Assembly: GCA_965216755.1 (NCBI GenBank)
Contig: CBDCGL010000011.1
Span: 2,784,001 to 2,848,000 of the forward strand
Source: Alphaproteobacteria bacterium
GTDB taxonomy: Bacteria; Pseudomonadota; Alphaproteobacteria; UBA7887
Reading direction: 5' to 3'
DNA: 64,000 nt
Of the stretch, positions 30,323 to 42,415 are shown piece by piece (the first letter of the stretch is position 1; each line of letters begins with the position of its first letter). The notes beneath the pieces are model-generated. The model saw only the letters and a list, made by a program, of their open reading frames with translations. It searched no databases and was not told where the DNA came from. A program made the translations under genes and the position numbers.

Positions 30323-31251
30323 CCTCGTGCGCGCGGATGCGCGCGATCATGCACGGCGACCAGATGCGCGCTGGCGACATCGGTATAGCGCTGCGTTGTC
30401 GACAGGCTGGCGTGACCGAGCAACTCTTGGATGGTGCGCAAATCGGCGCCGCGTTCCAACAGATGGGTGGCGAAGCTGTGGCGCAGGGCATGCGGCGTGG
30501 CGGTTTCGTCCATGTCTAGCAGGGCGCGCAATTTGCGCATTTGGCGCTGCGCGACGGCGGCCTGCAAGGGCCCACCGCGCACACCGACAAAAACCGGATC
30601 GCCGGCCGCCACCGATCCCGGCCGCTGCCGCATATAGGTGTCAAGCGCGGCCCGTACGAGCGGCAGCACCGGCACCAGCCGCGTCTTGTTGCCCTTGCCG
30701 GTGATCCGCCAAACATCCGACGACGCGCCGACCTCACCACAGGTTAAGGCCAATGCTTCACTGATCCGCAAGCCGCAGCCGTAAAGAATGGTGAACAGCG
30801 CCGTATCGCGCGCGGCAACCCAGGGCCGGTCGTCGATTTCGTGTGCCGACGTCGCCGCGTCGCGGGCGTCGGTGACCGATAGGGGTCGTGGCAACGACCG
30901 CCGCACTTTCGGCGCGCGCAGCGCCAACGCGGCCGGATTGTGACCCAAGCCGCGTCGGTCGAGAAAGCGATAGAAACCACGGACCACCGCAACGGCGCGC
31001 GCCGTCGACGTCGGCGCCGCGCCACGGCCGCGGCGATGGGCCAGCCAGGCACGGAAATCGATCGTCTCTAACGCACACAAGTCGGCCAGATTCGGCGCAC
31101 TGCGGCGATGCTGGGCGACGAAATTCAGAAACGCGTTCAGATCACGACGATAGCTGGCCAAGGTGTGTCGCGCGGCCCGTTTTTCGTGACACAGCCAGTC
31201 GTCCCAATCCGCGACCGCCGCCTCCAACTTGGCTACGCTGGATACGCTCAC
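30274..31251 (-). CDS. xerC: Tyrosine recombinase XerC
   Basis: LYGCGLRISE, GKGNKTR, TPHALRHSFATHLL, QELLGHASLSTTQRYT. Near priA as is typical for alphaproteobacterial xerC. Confidence 0.9.
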   Translation of the reverse strand: MSVSSVAKLEAAVADWDDWLCHEKRAARHTLASYRRDLNAFLNFVAQHRRSAPNLADLCALETIDFRAWLAHRRGRGAAPTSTARAVAVVRGFYRFLDRRGLGHNPAALALRAPKVRRSLPRPLSVTDARDAATSAHEIDDRPWVAARDTALFTILYGCGLRISEALALTCGEVGASSDVWRITGKGNKTRLVPVLPLVRAALDTYMRQRPGSVAAGDPVFVGVRGGPLQAAVAQRQMRKLRALLDMDETATPHALRHSFATHLLERGADLRTIQELLGHASLSTTQRYTDVASAHLVAVHDRAHPRARGHANGGNKVRNSSKTA

Positions 31252-31257
31252 GATCAG

Positions 31258-31935
31258 CTATTCAGCCGCCTTTGGCTGCAGGATCGCCTGCCCGGTCTTT
31301 TGCCAATCGTCGAGGAACGCTTTCAGGCCTTTATCGGTCAGCGGATGGGCGACCAGTTGGCGCAGCACCTTCGGCGGCACCGTCGCAACCTGGGCGCCGA
31401 GCTTGGCGGCATCTATCACATGCAGCGGATGACGGATTGACGCGACCAGAATCTCCGTCGTCAACGTGTCCGGATAGTTGTCGTAAATCGCGACGATTTC
31501 GGCGATCAGGTCCATACCTGTTGCCCCGATATCGTCGAGCCGGCCAACGAATGGTGATATGAATGTCGCCCCCGCCTTGGCCGCCAGCAATGCTTGGGCG
31601 GGCGAGAAACACAGGGTGACATTGACCATCGTGCCATCGTCGCGCAGGCGGCGACAGGCCTTGAGGCCATCCCATGTCAACGGCACCTTGACCGCGACGT
31701 TTTGGGCAATCGCAGCCAATGCGCGGCCTTCGGCCACCATGCCGTCGAATTCGGTCGCCGTGACCTCGGCGCTGACCGGCCCCGGCACCAGTTCACAGAT
31801 CTCGGCGATCACGTCGAACATCGGCCGGCCGGTCTTTGCTATAAGGGATGGATTGGTGGTGACGCCGTCCAGCAAGCCGGTGGCGGCGAGATCACGAATT
31901 TCCTCGGTATCGCCGGTGTCGATAAAGAACTTCAT
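31258..31935 (-). CDS. tal: Transaldolase (TalC/MipB small type)
   Basis: [41 protein letters not shown]. The Glu/Phe signature favours transaldolase over FSA. Confidence 0.92.
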   Translation of the reverse strand: MKFFIDTGDTEEIRDLAATGLLDGVTTNPSLIAKTGRPMFDVIAEICELVPGPVSAEVTATEFDGMVAEGRALAAIAQNVAVKVPLTWDGLKACRRLRDDGTMVNVTLCFSPAQALLAAKAGATFISPFVGRLDDIGATGMDLIAEIVAIYDNYPDTLTTEILVASIRHPLHVIDAAKLGAQVATVPPKVLRQLVAHPLTDKGLKAFLDDWQKTGQAILQPKAAE

Positions 31936-32010
31936 GATGTGCTGTCTTCCGCGTTCTAAGGAAATGCCGGCCCAATGGGGACGTCCGATCGGCGGTGGCG
32001 AGTTTAGCCG

Positions 32011-34245
32011 ATGACATCGCAACCCGCCAGCGCGCCCGGCCTGCCGGGGCTGGCAGACGATGATACGGCCACGCGCGATTCGACGCCGCGCACGGTCGCC
32101 GTGTTGTTGCCGCTGCCGCTCGATGGGCCCTATGACTACCGTGTCCCAAGCGGCGCATGCCTGACTGTCGGTCAATTTGTGCGCGTGCCCTTCGGACCGC
32201 GTCAATTGATCGGCGTTGTCTGGGGCCCGGGCGCCCAGACCGTGGCCACCGCCAAGCTGCGCGACGTTACGGAAATTATCGACGTCGCGCCGATGGCCGA
32301 CGACCTGCGCACCTTCATCGACTGGGTGGCGCGCTACACCATGGCCACGCCGGGAGCGGTGGTGCGCATGGCAATGAGCGTCCCGCAAGCTTTTGAAGCC
32401 GAAACACCGCAAATGCTTTACAGCGCCGCCGACACGCGGCCGGCGCGGATGACGCCACAACGGCAAAGAATCTTTGACCTGTTGACCGACGGCCCAGCCA
32501 TGGCCGCCGGCGATTTGGCGCGCGAAGCCGCTGTCGGCGCCGGTGTCGTGCGGGCCCTCGCCCGCGACGGGCATCTGGTCGCCCGGCCGGCACCGAAAGC
32601 GGCACCAATGCCGGTGCCCGACCCAACCCGCCCGGGACTACCCTTGTCCGACGAACAATCGACTGCCGCCCACTATTTGAGCGCCAAAGTCACCGCACAA
32701 GCCTTTGCCGTCGATGTTTTGGATGGCGTCACCGGTTCGGGCAAAACGGAAGTGTATTTCGAGGCCATCGCCACCGCCTTGCGCCTGCAACAGCAAGTGC
32801 TGGTCTTGCTGCCCGAAATCGCGCTTGGTGCCCAGTGGCTGGGGCGCTTCGAAGCGCGGTTTGGGGCGCGCCCGGCCGAATGGCATTCGGGCTTGGGCCA
32901 AGCGCAGCGACGGCGCACCTGGCGCGCGGTCGCCGCGGGCCGCGCATCGGTTGTCGTGGGCGCCCGCTCGGCCCTGTTCCTGCCCTATCGGAAATTGGGC
33001 CTGATCGTGGTCGATGAAGAACATGACCCATCGTTCAAACAGGAAGATGGCGTCATCTACAACGCCCGCGACATGGCGGTCGTGCGCGCCCGCCAAGCCG
33101 GCTTTCCGGTTGTCTTGGTGTCGGCGACGCCTGCCATGGAAAGCCACCAGAACGTACGTCGTCAACGCTACGGCCATGTCGCGCTGAGCCGACGCCATGC
33201 GAACGCCGCCATGCCCGAAATCAGCTTGGTCGACATGCGCGCGACACCGCCCGCGCCCGGCCGGTGGCTGTCGCCGCCCTTGACCGATGCCATCAGCGCG
33301 GCCACCAAGGACGGCGCGCAGGCGATGTTGTTCCTCAACCGCCGCGGCTATGCCCCGCTGACATTGTGCCGTGCCTGTGGGCACCGGTTGCAATGCCCCA
33401 ATTGCAGCGCGTGGCTGGTCGAACATCGCCTGGTCGGCGCGCTTCGGTGCCACCATTGCGATCACGCCGAACGGCTGCCGCAACACTGCCCATCATGCGA
33501 AGCGGGCGATGCGCTGGTCGCCTGCGGGCCCGGTGTCGAGCGCCTGGCAGAAGAGGCCCATGCCCGCTGGCCTGAAATGCGTGTCCGCGTCATGGCCAGC
33601 GATACGGTCAGCAACACAAAGCTTGCCATGGCACTGGTCGACGACATGCTGGCGCACAACATCGACCTTTTGATCGGCACCCAGATGGTCACCAAGGGCC
33701 ATCATTTTCCCAATTTGACCGTGGTTGGCGTGATCGATGCCGATCTTGGCTTAGCCGGCGGCGATCTGCGCGCCGCCGAACGCACGTACACGATACTGGC
33801 ACAAGTCGCCGGCCGCGCCGGCCGTGCCGATCGGCCGGGGCACGTGTTCCTGCAGAGTTATATACCCGAACACCCGGTGATGCAGGCACTGGCCGCCGGC
33901 GACCGCGACCGGTTTGTCGATGCCGAGTTGGACGCCCGCCGGGCCGCCGGCATGCCGCCGTTCAGCCGATTGGTGGCGGTGATTGTCTCGGGGCCGGACG
34001 AGGCCGCGGCCCGCGCCGTCGCCGTCGCATTGGGCCGCGCGGCGCCGCGCACGGACGAAGTTGACGTCGTCGGACCGGCCCCGGCCCCCTTTGCCCTGCT
34101 GCGCGGCCGCTATCGATTCCGGCTGCTTTTGCGCGCCTCGCGGGCAACCGATGTGCAAGCGGTGACCCAACATTGGCTGGCGCAGGTGAGCGCGCCGTCG
34201 GCGGTGCGCGTTGGGGTCGATGTCGATCCCTACAGCTTCCTGTGA
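32011..34245 (+). CDS. priA: Primosomal protein N'
   Basis: [30 protein letters not shown], two Cys4 zinc sites, [12 protein letters not shown]. Confidence 0.98.
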   Translation: MTSQPASAPGLPGLADDDTATRDSTPRTVAVLLPLPLDGPYDYRVPSGACLTVGQFVRVPFGPRQLIGVVWGPGAQTVATAKLRDVTEIIDVAPMADDLRTFIDWVARYTMATPGAVVRMAMSVPQAFEAETPQMLYSAADTRPARMTPQRQRIFDLLTDGPAMAAGDLAREAAVGAGVVRALARDGHLVARPAPKAAPMPVPDPTRPGLPLSDEQSTAAHYLSAKVTAQAFAVDVLDGVTGSGKTEVYFEAIATALRLQQQVLVLLPEIALGAQWLGRFEARFGARPAEWHSGLGQAQRRRTWRAVAAGRASVVVGARSALFLPYRKLGLIVVDEEHDPSFKQEDGVIYNARDMAVVRARQAGFPVVLVSATPAMESHQNVRRQRYGHVALSRRHANAAMPEISLVDMRATPPAPGRWLSPPLTDAISAATKDGAQAMLFLNRRGYAPLTLCRACGHRLQCPNCSAWLVEHRLVGALRCHHCDHAERLPQHCPSCEAGDALVACGPGVERLAEEAHARWPEMRVRVMASDTVSNTKLAMALVDDMLAHNIDLLIGTQMVTKGHHFPNLTVVGVIDADLGLAGGDLRAAERTYTILAQVAGRAGRADRPGHVFLQSYIPEHPVMQALAAGDRDRFVDAELDARRAAGMPPFSRLVAVIVSGPDEAAARAVAVALGRAAPRTDEVDVVGPAPAPFALLRGRYRFRLLLRASRATDVQAVTQHWLAQVSAPSAVRVGVDVDPYSFL

Positions 34246-34409
34246 AAGGCCCTAAAATCGGCGTGGGTGGCAGGTTGCAACGCGAAAAGGAGTGTGTTAC
34301 CTAACGGCGGCCTTTGGCCGGAAGGCTGCCAGCCGTCGTGGTTTGCGGCTGGTTTTCTTTATTGATCAACAGTCTATCTGTTGAGCCGGCTCATCTGAGG
34401 GATTTCAGC

Positions 34410-34970
34410 GTGGCTGAAGAGGCTGCAGGCGTTTCCGGGCTCGCCGGTCGTTACGCGACCGCTTTGTTTGAGTTGGCCGAAGAGCAAGGCCAACTGGACG
34501 ACGTCGCGCGCGACCTGACGACGTTGCGCGCCATGCTCAACGATAGCGACGATTTGCAGCGCTTGGTGAAAAGCCCGGTGATCGCGCGCGACGACCAGGT
34601 CAAGGCTTTGTCCGCGGTGGCGGAACGGGCCGCGTTGAGCGCTCTGGTGCGCAATTTCTTGGGCCTTTTGGCGCGCAACCGGCGCCTGTTCGCCGTCGCG
34701 GACATGATCGCCGCGTTCGGCGCGCTGTTGGCCGCGCATCGCGGCGAGGTGACCGCCCAGGTGAGCAGCGCCCAAGCACTAAGCGACGCGCAAATGGCGT
34801 CTTTGAACGCTAGTTTGAAAAGCGCTATCGGTCGCGACGTGCGGATTGAGGCCGACGTGGACTCGTCCTTATTAGGGGGGCTGGTGGTGCGCATCGGCTC
34901 GCGCATGATCGACAATTCACTCAAAGCCAAGCTGCAAGGGCTTAGGTTGGCGCTGAAGGGCATCGGGTAA
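34410..34970 (+). CDS. atpH: ATP synthase F1 delta subunit
   Basis: [30 protein letters not shown] start at 34410 after GAGGG. Confidence 0.96.
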   Translation: MAEEAAGVSGLAGRYATALFELAEEQGQLDDVARDLTTLRAMLNDSDDLQRLVKSPVIARDDQVKALSAVAERAALSALVRNFLGLLARNRRLFAVADMIAAFGALLAAHRGEVTAQVSSAQALSDAQMASLNASLKSAIGRDVRIEADVDSSLLGGLVVRIGSRMIDNSLKAKLQGLRLALKGIG

Positions 34971-36499
34971 TGGAACTCCGCGCGGCAGAAATCTCCGAAA
35001 TTCTCAAGCAACAGATTGCAAACTTCGGTACCGAGGCAGAGGTTGCCGAGGTTGGCCAGGTCCTGTCCGTCGGCGACGGTATCGCCCGCGTTTACGGCCT
35101 GGACAAGGTGCAAGCCGGCGAGATGGTCGAGTTTCCCGGTGGCATTCGCGGCATGGCGCTAAATCTTGAGTCGGACAATGTCGGTGTCGTGATTTTTGGC
35201 AACGACCGGTCGATCAAAGAAGGCGACACCGTCAAACGCACTGGCGCGATCGTCGACGTCCCCGTTGGCAAGGGGTTGCTCGGCCGCGTGGTCGACGCGC
35301 TCGGCAATCCGATTGACGGCAAGGGCCCGATCGAAGCGACCGAACGGCGCCGGGTCGATGTGAAGGCGCCGGGAATCATCCCGCGACAGTCGGTGCATGA
35401 GCCGATGCAAACCGGCCTGAAAGCGATCGACAGCCTGGTGCCGGTCGGTCGCGGCCAGCGCGAATTGATCATCGGCGACCGGCAAACCGGCAAGACGGCC
35501 GTCGCCATCGACACAATCATCAATCAAAAACCGATCAACGCCGGCGGCGACGAATCGAAGAAGCTCTATTGCGTGTATGTCGCGGTCGGTCAGAAACGGT
35601 CTTCGGTGGCGCAGATCGTTAAGACGCTGGAGGACTATGGCGCGATGGACTATTCCATCGTCATCGCCGCCACCGCGTCAGAACCGGCGCCATTGCAGTT
35701 CCTGGCGCCCTATGCCGGCTGTGCCATGGGCGAGTTTTTCCGCGATAACGGCATGCACGCGCTGATCATCTACGATGATCTATCCAAGCAGGCGGTTGCC
35801 TATCGCCAAATGTCGCTGCTGCTGCGCCGGCCGCCGGGCCGCGAAGCCTATCCGGGCGACGTATTTTACCTGCATTCGCGCTTGCTCGAACGGGCGGCGA
35901 AAATGAACAGCGACAATGGCAGTGGCTCGCTGACCGCCCTGCCGGTCATCGAAACCCAAGCCGGTGACGTGTCGGCCTATATCCCGACCAACGTCATCTC
36001 GATTACAGACGGCCAGATCTTTCTGGAAACCGAGCTGTTCTATCAAGGCATTCGACCGGCGATCAATGTTGGCCTGTCGGTGAGCCGGGTGGGTTCGGCG
36101 GCGCAAGTCAAAGCCATGAAGCAAGTGGCCGGCACGATCAAATTGGAGCTCGCGCAATATCGTGAAATGGCGGCATTCGCGCAGTTCGGTTCCGATTTGG
36201 ATGCGGCCACCCAACGCCTGCTCAATCGCGGCGCGCGTCTGACCGAACTTCTGAAACAGTCGCAGTTCTCGCCAATGACGGTCGAGGAAATGGTGGTGTC
36301 GATCTTTGCCGGCGTGCGCGGCTTCCTTGATGGTATCGACGTCAGCGAAGTCAACCGTTTCGAAGAAGGGCTTCTGGGCGAAGTGCGGGCAAAACACGGC
36401 GATATTTTGGAGACGATTCGCAACGAGGCGGCAATCTCCGATGAAACTGACGGCAAACTGACGTCGCTCATGACCGACTTTGCCAAGACGTTTGCTTGA
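34970..36499 (+). CDS. atpA: ATP synthase F1 alpha subunit
   Basis: [29 protein letters not shown]. Confidence 0.99.
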   Translation: MELRAAEISEILKQQIANFGTEAEVAEVGQVLSVGDGIARVYGLDKVQAGEMVEFPGGIRGMALNLESDNVGVVIFGNDRSIKEGDTVKRTGAIVDVPVGKGLLGRVVDALGNPIDGKGPIEATERRRVDVKAPGIIPRQSVHEPMQTGLKAIDSLVPVGRGQRELIIGDRQTGKTAVAIDTIINQKPINAGGDESKKLYCVYVAVGQKRSSVAQIVKTLEDYGAMDYSIVIAATASEPAPLQFLAPYAGCAMGEFFRDNGMHALIIYDDLSKQAVAYRQMSLLLRRPPGREAYPGDVFYLHSRLLERAAKMNSDNGSGSLTALPVIETQAGDVSAYIPTNVISITDGQIFLETELFYQGIRPAINVGLSVSRVGSAAQVKAMKQVAGTIKLELAQYREMAAFAQFGSDLDAATQRLLNRGARLTELLKQSQFSPMTVEEMVVSIFAGVRGFLDGIDVSEVNRFEEGLLGEVRAKHGDILETIRNEAAISDETDGKLTSLMTDFAKTFA

Positions 36500-36537
36500 T
36501 CACGCAGTGAATACAGCGTCGACAGCCGGACCGCCCT

Positions 36538-38917
<2,380 letters not shown>

Positions 38918-38922
38918 CTGTT

Positions 38923-39333
38923 ATGGCCGACAAGGTTGAATTCGAACTCGTCTCGCCCGAAGCCCTGGTCGAATCGCGCCAGGTCGACATGGTCGTCGTG
39001 CCTGGAGAGGAAGGCGATTTCGGTGTGCTGCCGGGCCATGCGCCCTTCATCTCCCAAGTACGCCCGGGGTTGATCGAAATCTATGATGGTCAGAACGTCA
39101 CCGATCGCCTGTTCGTCGACGGCGGGTTTGCCGAGGTCACGCCGGAACGCTGCACGGTGCTGGTCCAGGAAGCGGTGCCGCTTGGCAACTTGGATCGCGA
39201 CATGGTCGATGCGCGCATCAAAGCCGCCCGTTTAGCCATAGAGGACGCCCAAAACGACGCCGAACGCGACGCCGCGGCCCACCGCCTCAAAATAGCCGAG
39301 AGCATGCAAGAGGTGCTCGCCGCCGCCCTTTAG
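38923..39333 (+). CDS. atpC: ATP synthase F1 epsilon subunit
   Basis: FELVSPE, GDFGVLPGHAP, GGFAEV. Confidence 0.98.
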   Translation: MADKVEFELVSPEALVESRQVDMVVVPGEEGDFGVLPGHAPFISQVRPGLIEIYDGQNVTDRLFVDGGFAEVTPERCTVLVQEAVPLGNLDRDMVDARIKAARLAIEDAQNDAERDAAAHRLKIAESMQEVLAAAL

Positions 39334-39544
39334 CGGCATTTCCGTCAGGGCATTTCGCAACGCATCATCAGATGACCGTCCGTGCTGCGCAAAACAGGCC
39401 GATCGAGCAATGGCCATCACTGTCTAATTCGTTGCGAAATCGTGTCATTTCACGTCTATTACATTCTTAGGCGGCTCAGCGTTTGCCGCCGAGGTCACAT
39501 TGCTTTAGGCTTATCATAACGATGTCATCATCACACGAACGGGC

Positions 39545-40360
39545 ATGAAGGACTGGTCACTCGACGACATTCCCTGGCACGCTTTCCAGGCAGACAAAGT
39601 GGATCCGCAGTTGCTGGGCGCGGTCAAGGCCGCGGCGCTGGTCGAACATAACGGCCGCGACTACGAAACATACCTGCACAATGTCTTCCACAATGAACCC
39701 GACTTTTGCGACACCGTCACGAAATGGGCGGCGGAAGAAGTGCGCCATGGCGAAGCACTGGGTCGCTGGGCGGGGTTGGCCGACCCGGAGTTCGATTTCA
39801 CGGCGTGTTTTGGCCGCTTTCGATCCGGCTATCAATTGCCGCTAAAGGCATCCGATTCCGTGCGCGGTTCGCAGGCGGGCGAACTGGTCGCGCGCTGCGT
39901 CGTCGAATCTGGAACTTCATCCTTTTATTCCGCCATGCGCCACGCTGCCGACGAACCGGTTTTACAAGAGATATGCCGTTTGATCGCGGCGGACGAATTT
40001 CGCCATTACAAATTGTTCTACGATGGGCTAATGCGCTATGTGCGCAGCGGCGAGATCGGTCGTGCTCGGCGAATTATGATTGCATTGAGCCGCGTCATCG
40101 AATCCGAGGATGAAGAACTCGCCTATGCGTATCATTGTGGCAACAAGCTGCCTGAGCCCTTCGACCGGCGCGCCTGCAGCCGCGCCTATGCGCGCCGCGC
40201 CTATCGCCTATATCGATTCGGCCATTTGCGCCAGGGGCTTGGCATGACTCTGAAGGCCGCCGGGCTGAAACCGTATGGCCGGATCGGCACGGCGCTCAGC
40301 CGCCTGTCATGGCGCTTCATGCAGTTTCGGATCCGCATGTTGGACCGGGTGGCGGCCTGA
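39545..40360 (+). CDS. Ferritin-like di-iron domain protein
   Basis: W..DDIPW N-terminus and paired E / EXXH ligands: LVEHN, EEVRH, VVESGT, DEFRHY. Confidence 0.85.
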   Translation: MKDWSLDDIPWHAFQADKVDPQLLGAVKAAALVEHNGRDYETYLHNVFHNEPDFCDTVTKWAAEEVRHGEALGRWAGLADPEFDFTACFGRFRSGYQLPLKASDSVRGSQAGELVARCVVESGTSSFYSAMRHAADEPVLQEICRLIAADEFRHYKLFYDGLMRYVRSGEIGRARRIMIALSRVIESEDEELAYAYHCGNKLPEPFDRRACSRAYARRAYRLYRFGHLRQGLGMTLKAAGLKPYGRIGTALSRLSWRFMQFRIRMLDRVAA

Positions 40361-40584
40361 CCCCGGATCGGTCCGTGTTCCGCGGACACCAATATATACA
40401 CACGATTTCAATTACTTAAGAGGATTCTGATGCTCTGCGCCCGGGTATCTGTGGGGCGCACCATTTTTTTTCTGCGCCTCAACCCCCTCTGGCCAAGCGC
40501 TGCGTGTTTAGAAGCAGACCAACATGACACGGTCACCGAAACACAGCTTCCACTCACATCAACGCTTCTTAGGGGACTTGACCA

Positions 40585-41097
40585 ATGAACGCATTTCTGA
40601 AGATCTCGGCCGCCGTCGCTGCTTTGACCGTGGTTTCCGTTTCGGCCGCTTCGGCTGACGATGTCAACTTCGACTTCACCAAGGTTAAGCAAAAAGCCGC
40701 CGTCGTGAACGTTCTGTCGAACAACGACTTCGGCAAGGAAAGCGGCGCCAAGAAGGGTGGCCTGACGGTCAACGGTGTGCTGCAGGATGCGGTCATCGCC
40801 GAGGGCAATGCCACGGTCGCGGTTGGCAACTACGCCGACGCCCGCACCCGGATCGGCACGGTCGAGAACGGTGAGATCAACGGTGTGATGCAGCGTGCCG
40901 TGATCGCCAAGGACAACGCCAACGTCGCCTACGGCAACTACGCCTACAGCCGCCTGCACATCGGCACGGCGCGTGACATCGAGGTCAATGGTGTTGTGCA
41001 GCAGGCCGTGATCGCGAAGCGCAACGCGGCGGTGTCTGTCGGCAACCACACCACCACCTGCATGGAGATTGGCACGCTCGGCACCCCCACTTGCTAA
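40585..41097 (+). CDS. Secreted protein with three 36-aa tandem repeats (predicted beta-solenoid; candidate fibre/functional amyloid major subunit)
   Basis: Sec signal ending ASA|DD. Three repeats NGV.Q.AVIA..NA.V..GN.......IGT. C-terminal C-x10-C. AGGGG RBS and strongly biased codons. Confidence 0.8.
   Translation: MNAFLKISAAVAALTVVSVSAASADDVNFDFTKVKQKAAVVNVLSNNDFGKESGAKKGGLTVNGVLQDAVIAEGNATVAVGNYADARTRIGTVENGEINGVMQRAVIAKDNANVAYGNYAYSRLHIGTARDIEVNGVVQQAVIAKRNAAVSVGNHTTTCMEIGTLGTPTC
40768..41094 (+). repeat. Three imperfect 108-bp coding tandem repeats
   Basis: Units start at 40768, 40876 and 40984 (GTC AAC GGT GTG / ATC AAC GGT GTG / GTC AAT GGT GTT). Confidence 0.88.
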
Positions 41098-41126
41098 GCG
41101 GAGCCCAATCCCAACGTGACGGCTTA

Positions 41127-41166
41127 GAGGGCGGGACCCGCGGAAACGCATACGGGTTCCGCTCTT
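41127..41166 (+). terminator. Intergenic stem-loop (leaky terminator or mRNA stabiliser)
   Basis: GAGGGCGGGACCCG / CGGGTTCCGCTCTT 14-bp stem with three G-U pairs and a 12-nt loop. No long U tract. Confidence 0.65.
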
Positions 41167-41233
41167 CGCTGCGAAACCAAGACATCAGCCCGAACGGCAC
41201 CGTTCGCAACCAATGCCAACAAGGATACCGACC

Positions 41234-41539
41234 ATGACCAAAGCAGCTTTCGTGATCGCGTTCGCCAGCGCCCTGACCATGGCCGCCGCCACCGGCGCCA
41301 GCGCTAAAGAGTTCAATCAGCGGCCCCATTTGGATTCGGGCTCTCAGTCGCGCGTCAACAGCGCGTTTGCCAAGACCTTCCTGAACCGCGGCCAAGCCCG
41401 CCGTTTGGAAGATCGCGCCAGCGACTGCGGCAATGTCAGCATCGGCAACGTCGATCCGGGCAATGGCCAAGCCCCGCGCGAGATTATCGTCGTAGCCAAG
41501 AACGTCATCAACGTTGTCGGCCCCGGCGGCTGTCGCTGA
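41234..41539 (+). CDS. Small secreted protein with a Cys pair and one permuted copy of the neighbouring repeat (candidate nucleator/minor subunit)
   Basis: AAGGA RBS, signal ending ASA|KE, C-terminal CGNVSIGNV...REIIVVAKNVINVVGPGGCR. Confidence 0.78.
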   Translation: MTKAAFVIAFASALTMAAATGASAKEFNQRPHLDSGSQSRVNSAFAKTFLNRGQARRLEDRASDCGNVSIGNVDPGNGQAPREIIVVAKNVINVVGPGGCR

Positions 41540-41578
41540 TACCCCTTTGGCCGCTATCGATTGCACGTCGTCAGCTAC

Positions 41579-41875
41579 TCACCGACCGATCGAAACTGGC
41601 GCGAGCGCCGGAAAGCGCACCACATAGTAGGGGGGCGCCGAGTCATTGACGCCCCCGTTGAGGCGCGCGGACTTGTGGAGACGATTCACAGCCGCGTAAA
41701 TGTAGTTATCCGGACCGGTCGCAAATCCATCCGGCCAGTCGAGAAGATCATCGTCGGACACCAGCAGCTCATACGTGCCATCCGGCCGCGTCACGCCGAT
41801 GCCCTTGGCGTTCATATCCGTGATGTAGACATTGCCGTGATCATCAATGGTGATGCCACCGCAGGGCGGCGCATT
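41579..41875 (-). pseudogene. 5'-truncated fragment of a major royal jelly/yellow (L-dopachrome tautomerase-related) beta-propeller gene
   Basis: PPCGGITIDDHGNVYITD...LLDWPDGFATGPDNYIYAAVNRLHKSARLNGG...PYYVVRF...GR*. In-frame TGA at 41876-41878, and no N-terminal part nearby. Confidence 0.72.
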
Positions 41876-42036
41876 TCATGCGGCAGTGGGAAAACGGCGC
41901 GACGGCGCCATCACCCAGGTTGGAACGCCGCCGTATTATGTCAATCGGACCTATCGTGCCGATGCGCGCTTGTGGTGTTCAGGGCGCCATGGACGGCGAA
42001 GCATGGTCGAGACCAGATGATTGCCGGAAAAGTGCG

Positions 42037-42354
42037 TTAGTCCTGCGACGAATCGATAATGATCTCGTCACCGTTGCCGTCGTCTTCGGTTTGGTCTGAT
42101 GTCGGCGCGTCATCCGCGCCCTCGTCCGTTTCGGTAGGCACCTGCGGAACGGTGGGCATCGGCAGGGGTTGCGCCTCTTCAAGCCGCTCGGGAGTCCAGA
42201 ATTCTTCGTCCTCAGTGGTCTGTTCGGGCGCGTCTTTTCTTTCAACCTCGGTGTCTTTACGATCATCGTCACCACGTTCGGCGGCGCCCGCACCAGTCAT
42301 GTGCATTGCTATTCCAATCCAAATCAGGGCCACTATTTCACGTTTCACACGCAC
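42037..42354 (-). CDS. Secreted acidic protein consisting only of a protease-propeptide-like motif
   Basis: GGAGG RBS, GTG start, signal-like N-terminus, EEFWTPERLEEAQPLPMP motif, very D/E-rich. Confidence 0.75.
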   Translation of the reverse strand: MRVKREIVALIWIGIAMHMTGAGAAERGDDDRKDTEVERKDAPEQTTEDEEFWTPERLEEAQPLPMPTVPQVPTETDEGADDAPTSDQTEDDGNGDEIIIDSSQD

Positions 42355-42374
42355 CGCCTCCTTCTAACGGGATC

Positions 42375-42403
42375 GGCGTGCGCCCCGTTCCGGGACGCAC
42401 GCC
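42375..42403 (-). terminator. Stem-loop between the protease and the propeptide-like gene
   Basis: On the minus strand GGCGTGCGTCCCG-GAA-CGGGGCGCACGCC. No U tract. Confidence 0.55.
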
Positions 42404-42415
42404 AAGCGTGTATTA

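Noticed and set aside
30274-31251. Tyrosine recombinase as a mobile-element integrase
   Set aside because: Sequence and the tal/priA context fit housekeeping XerC. The 49-nt convergent overlap with rppH is unremarkable.
40585-41097. Calling the repeat protein CsgA or FapC
   Set aside because: The repeat consensus differs from both (and its period differs from curlin), and no csg/fap accessory genes are present. Only the architecture is analogous.
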